64,000 nt of DNA from Lingula anatina (Eukaryota; Animalia; Brachiopoda): NCBI GenBank assembly GCA_051362555.1, contig CM120649.1, positions 6,448,001-6,512,000 of the forward strand. Direction: 5' to 3'. The position numbers were made by a program, and so were the translations under genes. The notes beneath the pieces are model-generated. The model worked only from the letters and a program-made list of their open reading frames with translations. It was not told where the DNA came from and did no database searches. This document shows positions 9,553 through 22,844 of the stretch, piece by piece (the stretch's first letter is position 1; every line of letters begins with the position of its first letter).

Positions 9553-12500
9553 TTAGATGAAGAACTCCAAGAAGGGGCTCTAGTACGAAAAAATGGACAC
9601 ACAGATTTTATTCCACGCTCTTTCTTCTTTTTTAAAACCTATTTTAATGTGTTTGTATTTATCTCTAAATCAGAACACACTCTGGTCATCAGCGACTTGT
9701 TGTAGAATGTCTCTGTTCATCCGATACATGTGCCATTTCTCTTCTTCTGTAATGTCATATCCCCCAAACTTTCGATACATATTGATAGCTGGCTTGTTCC
9801 AGTCAAGCACGCACCACATCATCCGTGCGCATTTCACTGCATGAAAAATCAGCTTTTATATATCCTGAAAGATGATCAAAAGGCCTCCTTTTATTCACCT
9901 TCTCACACCTTTCCTAGACCTTTCGTTTTTTTAGGAAAGGTGTAAAAGACGATCTTTTGAATGACTTTTGTATAAGCGAAAAGGTATACAAATGGCCCAC
10001 TTTTCTTTACCTTTTCTCTACACAAAAGATTAACTTTCATAAACCTTTTGATGTAAAAAGACGATCTTTTGCTTGAAGAAAAGGTATTCTCAAGTTCATC
10101 ATTCATCAGCTTTTTGCATGCTAAAAGGCATATGAATGATCCACTTTTCTCTACCTTTTCCTGACAAAAAGTCCAACTTTCAGATGCCTTTTGTGCAACT
10201 TTCAAGATACAAAAGATAACCTTTTCAAACCTTTTTATTTAAGAAAATACTGTATTTTTTCTTCTTTTGTTACGTATTTTAATGTAATATTTATTGCGGC
10301 AATTTAATAATATATTGATAAACAGAACAACACATGGTATAAATTTTAATAATTTATTCCATTATAACATTTTTGTGCAGGTTGTGCTTGTCTTTTGAAA
10401 GTTTTTGATAATCCAAGGAAATTGAATTTTCTTGTTTTGATAATCCAAGAAAGGCCCAGGAAATGTTCTCTAAATGTACTTTCAGCCAGATCCATTAGTC
10501 CTACTATATATGCGTAACTTCCCACTCTCGTGGGAGTAGTATTCCTGGAATCGTCTGTCAAGTGAACACTTTGCCTGCCCAAATCTTTGCCTTTTGCCTC
10601 CTGAAAAATAGGATGCATGTAATGATAAATGTTGTTTTGGGTAACAGTTCATTTTAATGCTAATCAAATATGATAAAAACAAGGGCAACTTTTTTGTCTA
10701 ATACTGATGTTAGAAGTATTTTCAAATTATGCCATCAAATGGCTTAAAAAAGAGATTTTACCTCCTTACTTTTTTTCCATATTTTTTGTTTCAGCTCATC
10801 CAGTCCTTTTGCTTGTTTTAGAACATCCTCCTACTTTTCAGATCTGTAGTATCTTTTAATGGCACCTAGTAAAGAAATAAAAAGAGTGAACTATTTGAGT
10901 GTAATATCATGCAAAAAGTTTTCAATTAGGGAAATATGAATAATGACATAACTACAAGTAATGATGAAAATATGCATTCATGATTACTGCTAGGCAACTT
11001 GATTGAGCCTTGCACAGAACTTAGATAGGCTCCTGTATTACATACCCCATTCTTCTCTTCCAATTTTTTTTTGCCTTAGTCCATCCACTTTGTTTGCTTT
11101 TATATGCTGTTCAGACAGCCTGTCTTTTAATAGCATCTGGAAAAGAAATAGAGGTTTTAAGATAGTGAATTCTTTTAGTGTAATATTATACAAAAAGTTT
11201 TCATTTTTGAAAATATGAATGCTGAAATAACTACATGCAATGATGAAGATATCCATGATTACTGCTCAGGGTTCATACAGCAACATAAAAGCAATTTAAA
11301 TGACTTCTGGGGCTCTTAATCAATAACTTTTCAATAACTCAATGCGTCTTACTGTCATTTTAAAGTTTACATAGAAAAGAGGAGCATCAATTTACACAAA
11401 CTTTGTATTTTAATGATAATGAAACATGAGAAAAAATTGATAGATTAAAAAGGGCATTCCCCCAGCATGTCTACATTCAGGTTAAAAACAAGGTTTGAAA
11501 TAATCATTCGACAAATTTCTAACTGATCAAATCCCAGAATATTTTAGGGAAAAATGATGAATACAAGCCCTTTCTAAGCTTAATAACAATTTCAAGTACT
11601 TTTTATGTCATAAACAGACTGAATACATGTACAAGGGGCAATACTAGATTCAAACACTCAAAGTGCTGTACCGGGGTATGAACCCTGCGAGTGAACCAGT
11701 GCATTGATTATATAACCCTGCCTGGAATTTAGGTCAAGGAATGTAGGTCGACTATATGGGATTAATACAGGCCAGTTATATACATGTACAGAATCTTTAC
11801 TAGTACGCGGGGCCGTACTTTGACGTAAACTTTTTGCAGTGTTCTAATATATAGGTCAGAGTGTTTGATTAACAACTGTTTCACGATCGTGATAACCTTT
11901 TCGGCGCGGTCTGTTCTCCGTGCATAAAACCCATCTTGGGCGTCCGTGACACGGTTGTTTGTTCCTTTAAATATGATTGATTCACATGTTATATTAGACC
12001 TACCTGATGCATTTACTCATTCTCTTCATCCTCGTCAGTTACATTATCGCCGCAACAATTGCCATCTTGCAAAGAAGTCGACCATTATCTTCTGTGACCG
12101 GCCTGCACAGTCTTTCAGTCCGCGCATTTTCAACCGCCTGGCCTTGCGCATGCGCAGATAGTCTGTAATGGGATATCTTTCGCGCCGATTCTCTAGCATT
12201 GACCTATAGCGCAGTATTAATGACAGAAAAGCGCGCACGGCAACCTTTTACTTCGTGTTTTACTCAAGACTAAAAACAGCAAGAGACAATAATATAGATC
12301 ACTAGACACGGGGCAGCTGGTCATCGTTTTACAAGGTAGGTGATATAGTGATTTCAGTACCTAATGTTCGCACAGTGTGTGTTAACACAAACTATAGCAA
12401 AGCATGCTTCTGTGATTAAAGCGGGAATCTTTCTCGAAGCACTACATGTTGCAAGGTAATTAAGTCGTCTCTCGAGAAAGGATCGAGTTATACTGAGTTT

Positions 12501-12691
12501 CATAGGGCTTGGCTTTTGTTTGTTCTAACGTTTGACCTGTTACTCACTGAGAACTTTGGAAATATATGACATGTGCACGTCCACGATACGGGGTAACAAC
12601 AAGGGGTTGTCATTTTTAAAAGTGTTAGAATATTCCCATGTGTTGGATTACAAGGGGGTGCTTTAATGTGAAAGGGGATGGATTCGTCTTA

Positions 12692-12915
12692 GACCCCATT
12701 TCCAGAGATTAGATCGATATAATTTAGATCGACCTAACTCCCTAGGGGTTCACGCGAAATAGCTGTCAGCCGAGGGGACACGAAAGTTAATTACCCCTTT
12801 ACAGCTTGTAGTAGGCTGGACGGACATTTAAGCCAGATTATCTGATAGTAATCTAGTGAGACCCCCCCCCCCCCCCCCGGGGATAAATTTATCTAAAAAC
12901 TCTTGGAATACAGCC
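12692..12915 (+). mobile_element. Harbinger-type MITE, family A, copy 2 (nested in the CACTA element)
   Basis: TTA TSD; termini gaccccattt / ggaatacagcc. Confidence 0.85.
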
Positions 12916-13261
12916 TTATACAACCGAAAATGACACTATTTAAAACAGCACTCTCTATTGCAGCTGCTAATTATAGAGAAGAATTAAGGCTCTCAGAAAA
13001 TATTGTCATGTGTTTTTGTTGTGTCTCTATCATTCAATGTCTTTTCTTTTATAAAGGAATGGGGCGTCACAAGAAGAAAAAGGAGTGCCTGTCGTCACAA
13101 GAAAAGAGATGAACATCTAAAAGAAGGCTGCGTTCCCGTGCTCCTGTTATACATGAATTCCCAGTCTGCAGCTAGAATAAAAATTGTTAACCTACATGTA
13201 TAACCTCATTGTGTTTACCTCAGACCCCCTGTCAAATTTATAGAATTAAACATGCTAAAAT

Positions 13262-13427
13262 CAGGGGTGGATCCAGAGATATTTTCTGACAGTCTTCCAA
13301 ACTATCTTTGCTGATTCAGCCTCGATTTTAGACCGTCTTCCGAAAGAAAAAGAATTAGATATCCGTCAAAACTTAAAAATCTGACCGTCTTCCGGAAGGC
13401 CCAGAAGACGGCCTAAATCCGCCCCTG
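13262..13427 (+). mobile_element. CAGGGG-type MITE with a 5-bp TSD (hAT-like), nested in the CACTA element
   Basis: Termini caggggtggatc / taaatccgcccctg; AAAAT is duplicated on both sides. Confidence 0.75.
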
Positions 13428-13734
13428 AAAATGGTAAAGGGAAGACTGGCTCGCTCTGAGCAAGAGAATAAGTAAAAAGTTATCTATGGTTGATAATTTT
13501 CCTTTGATATTAAGATTAACTTCAGCAGTGTAAGCAAGATGAATTAAGGATATGCAAACAGTAACAGTCTGTCAGTAATATAACCAGTTCCAATATAAAC
13601 AAATTCAAATTGCAAAGCTGATTACTACCTATCTAACTTCGGTTAAATATTTCCATCATGCCCAGGGCCTTACTATTAGGGATTATGTAAAAGGTAAAAC
13701 TTGCTCTCTGGAGTCTAAAACACATCATAACAAT

Positions 13735-14620
13735 TTAAAGTGGTTTTCTCATTAGAAACGATCCCCTGGTCAGGCAAACTATGGAGAGGTGACTTCTGAC
13801 ATTTACTGTAATTATTTTATTTTTTTTTTTTTGACTTGATACAATTAGTGCAAATACTGACATAACTTAAAATAACAAAGTTAGTGATGAGAGATCCTAT
13901 TGCCTTTTTTGTTGAGGAGAGGTGGTTTTCTGTTTAGAGACAATCCTCTAGCCAGGCAAATTATGGAGAGGTGACCTCAAACACTATTTTGACTTGGTAC
14001 AATCAATGCAAAAATCCTGACATTACTGAAAATAACAAAGTTAGGTGATGAGAGATCCTATTGCCTTTTTTGTCAAGGAGAGGTGGTTTAGAGACAATCC
14101 TCTAGCCAGGCAAATTATGGAGAGGTGACCTCAAACACTATTTTGACTTGGTTCAATCAATGCTAAAATCCTGACATTACTGAAAATAACAAAGTTAGTG
14201 AAGAGAGATCCTATTGCCTTTTTTGTTGAGGAGAGGTGGTTTTCTGTTTAGAGACAATCCTCTAGCCAGGCAAATTATGGAGAGGTGACCTCAAACACTA
14301 TTTTGACTTGGTACAATCAATGCAAAAATCCTGACATTACTGAAAATAACAAAGTTAGGTGATGAGAGATCCTATTGCCTTTTTTGTCAAGGAGAGGTGG
14401 TTTTCTGTTTAGAGACAATCCTCTAGCCAGGCAAATTACGGAGAGGTGACCTCAAACACTATTTTGACTTGCTACAATTAGTGCTGTAATCCTGACATAA
14501 TAAGCTAATATCCAGAGGCATGGAGATCATTTCCTGTGAAAGTAATTATCTAGGCTAATATGGAGATGTGACCTCTGACATATAACTTTTTGATTTGCTG
14601 TATTTAAATCCTGACAATAT
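13735..14620 (+). repeat. Tandem array of ~152-161-bp units inside the CACTA element
   Basis: gagagatcctattgcc recurs at about 13889, 14050, 14203 and 14364, with diverged units at both edges. Confidence 0.9.
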
Positions 14621-15328
14621 TGGAATAAAAATATAAGTTACTTTTGATTCCTAAAGTTGTTTGTCGTTTAAAGCGTCAAAATTATGTCTACCCCAAGTGA
14701 AATTCGGTGAACACTTCTTCCACTGCACTGAGTGCTATATATTTATACATAAACTCCAGCCAATGCAAGATTGCATAATTATTTCTCCGACATGCAAATC
14801 ACCACATTCAATCTATCTGTTAAATACTTTAATCAAATTGCAAAACATTTTATCATGCAAACAATTTGCAAAAGTATTCGCTTTTTTCATACTGTGCTTA
14901 ATGTAAGATACGGAATTAAGTCATGTACATAGAATAACTAGTATACATACAAAAGATCACCACGCAATATTATGAAATTAGTCTTAAGCTTTCAAAAAAT
15001 AAAAAGATGCACAACATGCGACCTTTCCAGCCAACAAAAGCTGGAATGTAAGGTGGCCTTTCGCACTGTAAAAGGTGATAGTTGAACTTTTGAAAACTGA
15101 AAGTTAATAAAAATGTGAATGACGGTCTTTCCGAGAGGTAAAAGTTGATAAAAAGATGACCTTTTACAAATAAAAGGTGAAAGATGACCTTTTCGTCAGG
15201 AAAGGATGATGAAAGATGAGGGATCATCTTTCGATAACATTTTGTAGATAACTGAAAGGTGATAAAAGGTGTCTTTTCATGCAGTGTTTGTCCTGAACAG
15301 CCGCCTGAAAAATATCAAGGGTGGCACG

Positions 15329-15330
<2 letters not shown>

Positions 15331-15366
<36 letters not shown>
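15331..15366. repeat. (AAT)n microsatellite in SAT-A intron 3
   Basis: Direct inspection. Confidence 0.9.
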
Positions 15367-15368
<2 letters not shown>

Positions 15369-18003
15369 AGGAGATGTAGAAGAAAAGAAACGAACAAACA
15401 GTTTCAATGATAAATGGTCTATGGTTCTGGACATGTAGGCATAAAGACTACATAATGCACCAAACTGCACAATTTATGAAAAATTTCAGGAGAGTTTAAC
15501 ATGCATTCACGTAACTGGTATGCGCTTTTATTTCGTTCTTTTTCTCTTTTTTTAAAAAAAGATGAATTATAAACAAAACCAGTGAATCGTTACCTTTGCA
15601 ACTGCCCTGAAGAGGGCAGCGCCTGTACCTTTACCACGATAGGCCGGTGTCACGTACAGATCTTCCAGGAACATTGACGGCCCTTCCCATGTCGAATACG
15701 TTAGATAATACAAAGCATATCCAACAACTTTCTTCTGTGGTTCAACCTGTTTAGACTCGGCTGTTTCAGCTACTTTACATTTGAAGAAGACGTGGGGACC
15801 GAAACCGTGATTGGCAAGCTCTGAAATATTTTAATTTTGTGGAATATTTTAATTTTGTGAAATATTTTAATTTTAAAACCCTTCATTTTTCATTCAGTAA
15901 CAACCATTCATTTTTTCTATTCTAATTTAAATTCGTCTTGTGATCTCGTTCACTGATAAATTCATTAATGGAATTATGTTGGGAAAGTTTTGAGAAAATA
16001 TCTCAGCTGAAATTTATGTCTTCAGGGCCTTGTTCTGCGGGGAGGGGCAGGGGGAGCAATTGTCCTATCAGAGAGTATTTTTGGGATATATAAATGTATT
16101 TGGAGGAGGTGGATGTCTTTAAACAGGGTTTTATTTAGATTTTCCATCTCTCAGTCCATTGGGATTTTGTAGAGGCTAGATGACGGATGCAGGCCCGTAG
16201 CCAGCAATTTCAAAAGGGGAGGGGGGGGGTAAGAAAAAGTGGACCTTTTACAATGGAACCTTTGTGTATTCAGCTAGATCAAATTTTACCCATAAAAGAC
16301 CCTTCCTGACAAAAGGCGGTTCTTTCGAACCCCCGAACCACCCCCTGGCTAGACACAGACAGCACTTCAACTAATAGCCCACCCCCGCCTACTAGCATAT
16401 TTTCCTCAGCCTATGGTTTTCACATTACATATATTAAGTTCTAAACATCATTCATTTCAATACTTTACTAAAAAAACTTAAAATAACAGCCATGGTAAGG
16501 GAAAATATATATATTCAATTGATGTTACTCTACCTTCATGCGTAGTTTTTACACCATCTGGAAATTTCTCAAACTGAGCGAGTTCCTGTAATGAAGCAGA
16601 TATTTCTTTTCTATAAGGAACAAAAGTTTAAGAGATAAGATGACTCAAAGTAGGTTTGAATTTGAAGAACAAATTTTGGCGAGCGTCACTTTAAATCATT
16701 ATCTTCTACGTCCCTTTTTTTTTTAGAAATCCATTACCGTTATTTCTAACTGTTTTTAATTCATGTATAAGTCCATTTTCTAAATGTGTTTTGAAATAAA
16801 CCTTTGTTGAACAAACTCAAACTTGCAAGACGTCTTGGCACGTGACACAGGGGCTGCGCATCAATCTGCCTGTACACTAACCAATCAAAGGGTTCTTTCA
16901 CAGTGAATATTGTCGACCTAGCTAATGAGGACCAACTCCACTGGGACTCTCGCTGAATGCAATCAGATAAACTGACCAGTTTCGATTAACATCTGCCACA
17001 GTCGGTACAAATGGCTTATTTGCATGTATAGGAGTCACTGGTATACTGTGGGCCTTCAACAGCTGTATTTTCTCAGCCTACAATCGAGGCTAGCTACGGC
17101 CAGGTTATGATCAGGACCCTACACGTACATGTTCTCTCGATTAGTGCTGTTGTACTGCGGACTACTTCTGATCACTTGACCCTATATTTTCGCTGAGCGT
17201 TTAATTATTCACAAAGCTCACCTTAATCAAGCCATGAATAGCAACACAATCCTCCCTCACGGCATCACGTATGATCACTGACATGTTTAAAACAAGCTGG
17301 GCCGCTACCTGGGTACAGTGCATTGACCTAGATTCGTCATCATAAATTCAACACAACTTACATTACGGTAATACTGATCGTATAGAGGTAATCCAAGTGC
17401 AATATACATGTAATACCGCGATCTTTCAAAGGTAATTCAAAACAGTACGTATTTCAATGGCGACACGGTTTTGACAGGGCGTATTACGTTAAAAATTTTC
17501 CTTATCGACGATATAATGCGGCTTTAAACATTGTCTTATATAATGGGATTTAGGGCCTAAAATGCTGTCGCTTTTATAATACGGCTGATAATACGTCAGG
17601 GCAAATTTGCGCATGTCAGCTGATATCGTAACACCGACGGTTATTGGTAAAAAAACTGTGATATCGCTTTCAAACTGATCCCCCTCACCTGAACAGCTAG
17701 TTTTGGCTATCAACTCTTTTTAACTTTAAATTACTTATAACAACTAGGCTACAACTTAAAATTGATCTAGTTTCAAACGGATTTTCTAGCTAACTCGAGC
17801 CTTAGAGTTTTGAGCATAAGTTAACGACTCCAACCACGAATTAACTATCCCAACGCAAAATTACTATACTCGCCACAAGCACAGTACTTCATTAACCAAA
17901 CCGCTCATCCGTTCATCTACCCGTTTGGTACGTTCCGTATGAGCCGACCGGAGATTGTCGAGAACGCATTGCTGTAGTATCAAAAGAACACGCAAGGGTC
18001 TTA

Positions 18004-18218
18004 GACCCCATTTCCAGAGATTAGATCGATCTACTTTAGATCGACCTAACTACCTGGGGGTTCACGCTAAATAGCTGTCAGCCGAGCGGACACGAAAGTT
18101 AATTACCCCCTTACAGCTTGTAGTAGGCGGGACGGACATTTAAGCCGGATTATCTGACAGTAATCTAGTGAGGCTCCCCGCGGGGATAGATCGATCTAAA
18201 AGCTCTGGGAATACAGCC
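18004..18218 (+). mobile_element. Harbinger-type MITE, family A, copy 3
   Basis: TTA TSD at 18001-18003 and 18219-18221; near-identical to copy 2. Confidence 0.88.
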
Positions 18219-18443
18219 TTACCCTTACAGACAGAGACCCGAAGCTAGAAGCTGGCCAAATTGTTTAGGTAATAATGAAATGCAAATCTTGTGTAAGTCG
18301 TTCTACTGTTTGTGGCTGAAGTCCTTAATTTCTTACCCTAGGTTCTAGATTCCGGTATTGCCAGCTCGATCTTGATTTCATATATAACCCATAGTAGCAA
18401 TACCAGGTAAAAGTAAAAGCGACTCCACCACAAGGTATATTTA

Positions 18444-18666
18444 AGCCCCCTTTACACTGGACGGCGTCCCTTTTGCGTCCAGCAGTTCGGCCCCATTTGA
18501 GAGTTAAAGAATTATAATACTTTACGTGCCGACAACTGGCCGATCATTGAGCATTCATTCTGATACCAAATCAATGCTCGTGCCTCCTTATTACGACCAC
18601 AGCGATGCCAAATTTCATGGTCGCAGAAAGGACGCAGAAAGGACGCCGTCCAGTGTAAAGGGGGTA
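18444..18666. mobile_element. Harbinger-type MITE, family B
   Basis: TIRs ccccctttacactggacggcgtcc / ggacgccgtccagtgtaaaggggg, flanked by TTA. Confidence 0.8.
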
Positions 18667-19382
18667 TTAGCAAGCTAGCTTTTACGTTGCTCTGACACTC
18701 AGGGTATAATTTCTGCATTTGTATTCCAAATTTAAGGCTAGTGCTAGAAAAGGGCAAATATCGTTTAAGAGGCCCTAAATTTGTATGAATTTGGAATTGC
18801 TTTTCGTTAATTTGAGCTGCTTTTAGTAAATTTTTGGTGATACCTCCCAGAATTAAGTTGGTTTTAGACCATTATTCACGCTTGACCGAACTAGGCTAAC
18901 AATCTCACAAGCAAGAAGTTGCTTCGGTCATATTTTATACCCTAAAGTTGCCAATATACAACAGTAATGTTACCGTTCTGCTTTTCCTCAACAATAAAGA
19001 ATAAATGTTTTTGCCAATAAATATTTTTGTAAGGGTGTTGTTGTATTTCAGTAGTCAGCTATTACAGATATGTATTAATTCATTTATTTGCTTGTTCATT
19101 TGAATGGAAATAAAAACTTCTAAAAATAATATTAATATTTATACTGTTTTTAAAGGAATTTACACTTTTCCTCATAAAAAGCAAATGTAACGCCGTTTAT
19201 TTCACAAAAGCAGATAAATGCAAGGAAGACGCAGCAATCTTTTCATGAATAAAAAGCTTGATTTCCAAGTAAATGCCTCTACCTTATAATGCTTTTTTCA
19301 AAGACGATTTAATTCCAATCACCATGATAAACCGTACGTAATATACACGTTAAACTAGCACTTTGATCCGTGGATCTGTTAG

Positions 19383-19590
19383 AGCGCATTCAGCACAAGT
19401 TGATCCGCGGACTAAATATGGCCGACTAACTAAAAAGCAATGCCGCTATAATCTCATGCTGTTCTCCCCGCCTCTACACGCGCCGTCGCTGCAGGGGGCC
19501 TAGAAATTAAACCTCAGAGTCAAGATTTAATCCGGGAATAAAGCGGATTGCTTTTAAGCGGGGTCGGCCAATCTGTCCTGAATATGCTCT
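19383..19590. mobile_element. MITE family C; copies at 34511-34785 and 53350-53633, fragment at 51264-51330
   Basis: Shared gatccgcggac / ctccccgcct(t)c(t)acacgcgcc / gggtcggccaa motifs, with gcattcag...ctgaat(a)tgc-like termini. Confidence 0.65.
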
Positions 19591-19611
19591 GTGTCACTTC
19601 ATATTTTTTTA

Positions 19612-22600
19612 TCAAAATGCACTCTCGCTTGCAACTTTCTGCAGAGTGTCTCCCTTCATGCAAAACGTGCGCAATTGCTCCTCTTTAGTTATATCACTTC
19701 CGCCTAATTTTTGGTACAGCTCGATAGCTGGTTTGTTCCAGTCAAATACTCTCCACGTCATAACCGCGCACTTTTCTTCGATAGCCGCCTGAAATATAAA
19801 TTCAACGTAATAAATATTAAAGCAGCTGAATCAGGATAAGGGTGTAGTGTGAGCTACTTGCTCAGCCGCTTTTTCCAATACAAAATGATGAATCTCTCCA
19901 CCCCTCCTTTTTAAACAATGGGATGAACACAAAGTATGGCCAGCTGATTAAAGTTTAAATTGGATGCTACGAAATGACCCAAATTGCAATAATCTAATAA
20001 CAAATCCAGTTTGTATGGACATCGTCCAAAGACATTTTAGCCCGATTGCATGTATTCACATTTGAAACCCATAGCTATATATGGCATGCTGCTGGATAGA
20101 TAATACATTGATTTATATACTTATTCGTTTCACTTAATCGCATATAAATCATTTATTGTCTAATAACTCGCAACGAAAAACACCAACCACCGTTTCCAAT
20201 ACAAATCATTTATTTCGTTAACCCTTGCTATGAGCTGTTGTTTGCTTGGCTGCGTTACAGAATGCGTACACACCACGCACTGACTGTCCTTCACAAACTC
20301 TCCGACTATAACCATTTACAAACTTCTCTTATTTCCTCTACTTCTGCTGTTTTCTTTTCAACCACCTTTTATATATTTCAATAAATTCTTTCGTTCCATA
20401 TTTGAACTATTTCATTTTTTATAGATATATTACCGAATGTGTAAATGCCCAGAATTTACTGTACATCAGAAACCACTATTTTCTAATGTCTTATCCCAAC
20501 TACTATCTCTTCTTTGTTACCAATTTTGTACATTTTACACTGATCTATGTTTTCTTCATTAATCATAATTATTTCTAAGCACATACCCTTTAATACTCCA
20601 ATTAACTTATTACAACTGTTCCATTTTGTGCCTTCTCTGATGTATTACTTTCTTGACCAAACTTCTATATCATTTAAAATATTCTTTGTTTTATATTTGC
20701 GATTTACTTGGACCTGACGCAGCAAGCTGAAAACAGCCTCGAATGAAATCTGCTCATCTCACATTTCCTTTTATACTATTGTGCAATGCACAATCTGCGC
20801 ATGTCAAACACCCCGCCCTATGAACTCATTTCCTCACCTAAATTGCTTCTCTAACACATTTTGCGTTGACTCGTTAAACGACAATAAATTCATTTATATT
20901 TACACTTTTTTTAAAATAAATTTTCATTACTACTAATGTACTTCTAATATTCATTTCTACTATGCATTATAATATAATGAAACCGATTTCACAATGCTTA
21001 CCTTGGCAACAGCCCTGAAGAGGGCAGTGCCTGTTCCTTTACCACGATAAGCCGATGCCACATATAGATCTCTGAGGTATACTGTTGGACCTTCTAGAGT
21101 CAAGTAGGTGAAATAATACAGCCCATAACCAATAATTTTCTTCTCAGTTTCACCTCGATTAGATTCTGTTGTTTCTGCTACTTTACAATAGAAGAAGGCG
21201 CGGGAACCGAACCCATGACTGGCAAGCTCTGCAAACATTGAAGGCTACAATTTTTAATATATATAGACTAATACATTTATCCCTTGATTCATCTATACAC
21301 TGCTAAATACAGTTATTGATTTATGCTAGAGAAAGCGTCAAGATCTTAAAACATATTTAAATGGTCATTTTAATATGTCTGATATGGTACCTTCATATGT
21401 AGTTTTTACACCCTCTGGATACTTTTCAAACTCGGTGAGTTCCTGTAACGAAGCAGAGATTTCTCGTATACAGTCTGTGCCAAATACTTTTCAAGTTACA
21501 GGCCATCCGGTCCACCTGGGTCTGGGGATCTACTGGCGGGAGCCCAAGGCCAATAAAATATTTAAATTAACACATTGAGGTTAAAGGCTGAATACAAATA
21601 CGAACGAAAACATTGGATTTTGAAAAGGTTATTAAAAAGACTTCAACAAGTAGCCTGAACATTTATAAAACGAACTGGAGTACAGGTTACAGCTGAAAAA
21701 ATATCCAGAAGACCGTTTGAAGTCTTTGAACCAGTAACTGACTGTTTTTCAGATATTTCACTTACAATTAGAATCTTTGACATACAATTAGAATCTATTT
21801 GTTGATTGCCTCAGTTTTCAGACATGCTACGCAGGTTAAGCCTCATTCTAGTGTAACAAACTGTCGAGGCTTTATATGACGTCACCTACAAACCATGTGA
21901 CGTTGGTAAGTGGTAGCACTGTGCGTTCATGTAAGTGCTTTGACGTTTCATTCGTCCAAAATAGTTAGATAAATAATATTACTTAATTGGTCGCCAAGAT
22001 CTGTAAAACGTGTACGACTTACATTTTACAGGCTCTCTATATACACGTACTATTATTTTTTTTTTTAAACATATGATTATGCAAAATATATACCTAGTTA
22101 AGAAAATAGGACTGAGGAACAGCAGAGGATGATACGACTATCATTTGCTAGTTAGCGATAGATATTTCGGTTCTCAATGCTTTCAGTTATACATTCTATA
22201 TACGTATATGGCTTTTTTTTTTTGGTGCACACGAGCAGCCTGCATGCTGTTAACTTTTTCAGGGTCCGTTTTCTGATCAGGTGGTATCATTAATGTATTT
22301 CATCTGTTGCTATGCTCTTTACATTTCAGCAAGAAATGAGTTTCAGTTTTAATTTCAGCGCATTAGGAGCACTTGACGACTTTGGCAGAGTTTTTGGTGA
22401 TGTGTAGTGACCCCATTCAATTCCCAGGTCTTGATCAGTAACACGCATTTTCGCAAGAGTTTTTATTTCAAATTCAGAGGCTTTCATTGAGATTAAAAAC
22501 ACTAAAATGTTATCAAACTGGTGCATGAACCGACACATTTAAAGAACACTAAACACTATTAAATACAACTATATGCTACAAGGTGGTGACGGAGTACACA

Positions 22601-22844
22601 GTTTTGCCAGGATGCGAATATTTTTAGCCTCGAGATTTCGTAACACAGGGTAGAATGAGGTCCTACATTGTACCTGCGGAAGACAGCTAGTAGCGCTTTG
22701 CAGCTATTTTGTCGCACTGTTCACCTCGTCAACGTTGACTGCTATAGTTTAGTTGTCTTATAAGAAATAAGCAATATTCACCTTAATCAACCCATGTATA
22801 GCAGCACAGTCCTCCCTCTTTGCGCCTCGAATGACCACTGACAT
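19612..22844 (-). CDS. SAT1/2: Diamine N-acetyltransferase paralog B, intact 172-aa ORF. Exons 22844-22782, 21442-21391, 21228-21002, 19788-19612
   Basis: 63+52+227+177 = 519 nt, in frame, with GT-AG introns. GNAT acetyl-CoA motif YRGKGTG, plus DWNKPAI. Confidence 0.92.

Larger units (their letters stand above)
9835..15286. mobile_element. 5452-bp CACTA/EnSpm-type element (defective) inserted in SAT-A exon 4
   Basis: 13-bp TIRs CACTGCATGAAAA / TTTTCATGCAGTG, a 3-bp TSD TTT (9832-9834, 15287-15289), and subterminal aaagatgacctttt-like motif arrays at 9850-10235 and 15000-15275. Confidence 0.9.
9670..17284 (-). pseudogene. SAT1/2: Diamine (spermidine/spermine) N1-acetyltransferase paralog A, disrupted in the last exon by a transposon. 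Exons 17284-17222, 16585-16534, 15820-15594, 15304-15287 + 9834-9670
   Basis: MSVIIRDAVREDCVAIHGLIK / ELAQFEKFPDGVKTTHE / ELANHGFG...YSTWEGPSMFLEDLYVTPAYRGKGTGAALF / AAVQDK | CARMMWCVLDWNKPAINMY...QSVF*. Introns are GT-AG and exon sizes 63/52/227 are identical to paralog B. Confidence 0.9.

Noticed and set aside
9835-15286. The CACTA insertion as a normal intron of SAT-A
   Set aside because: On the gene strand it begins CAC and ends GTG, not GT-AG. Paralog B has no intron at this position, and TIRs and a TSD are present.
20200-20700. Purine-skewed block in SAT-B intron 3, possibly an old LINE 3' end
   Set aside because: No recognisable motif in any frame, so it cannot be supported.
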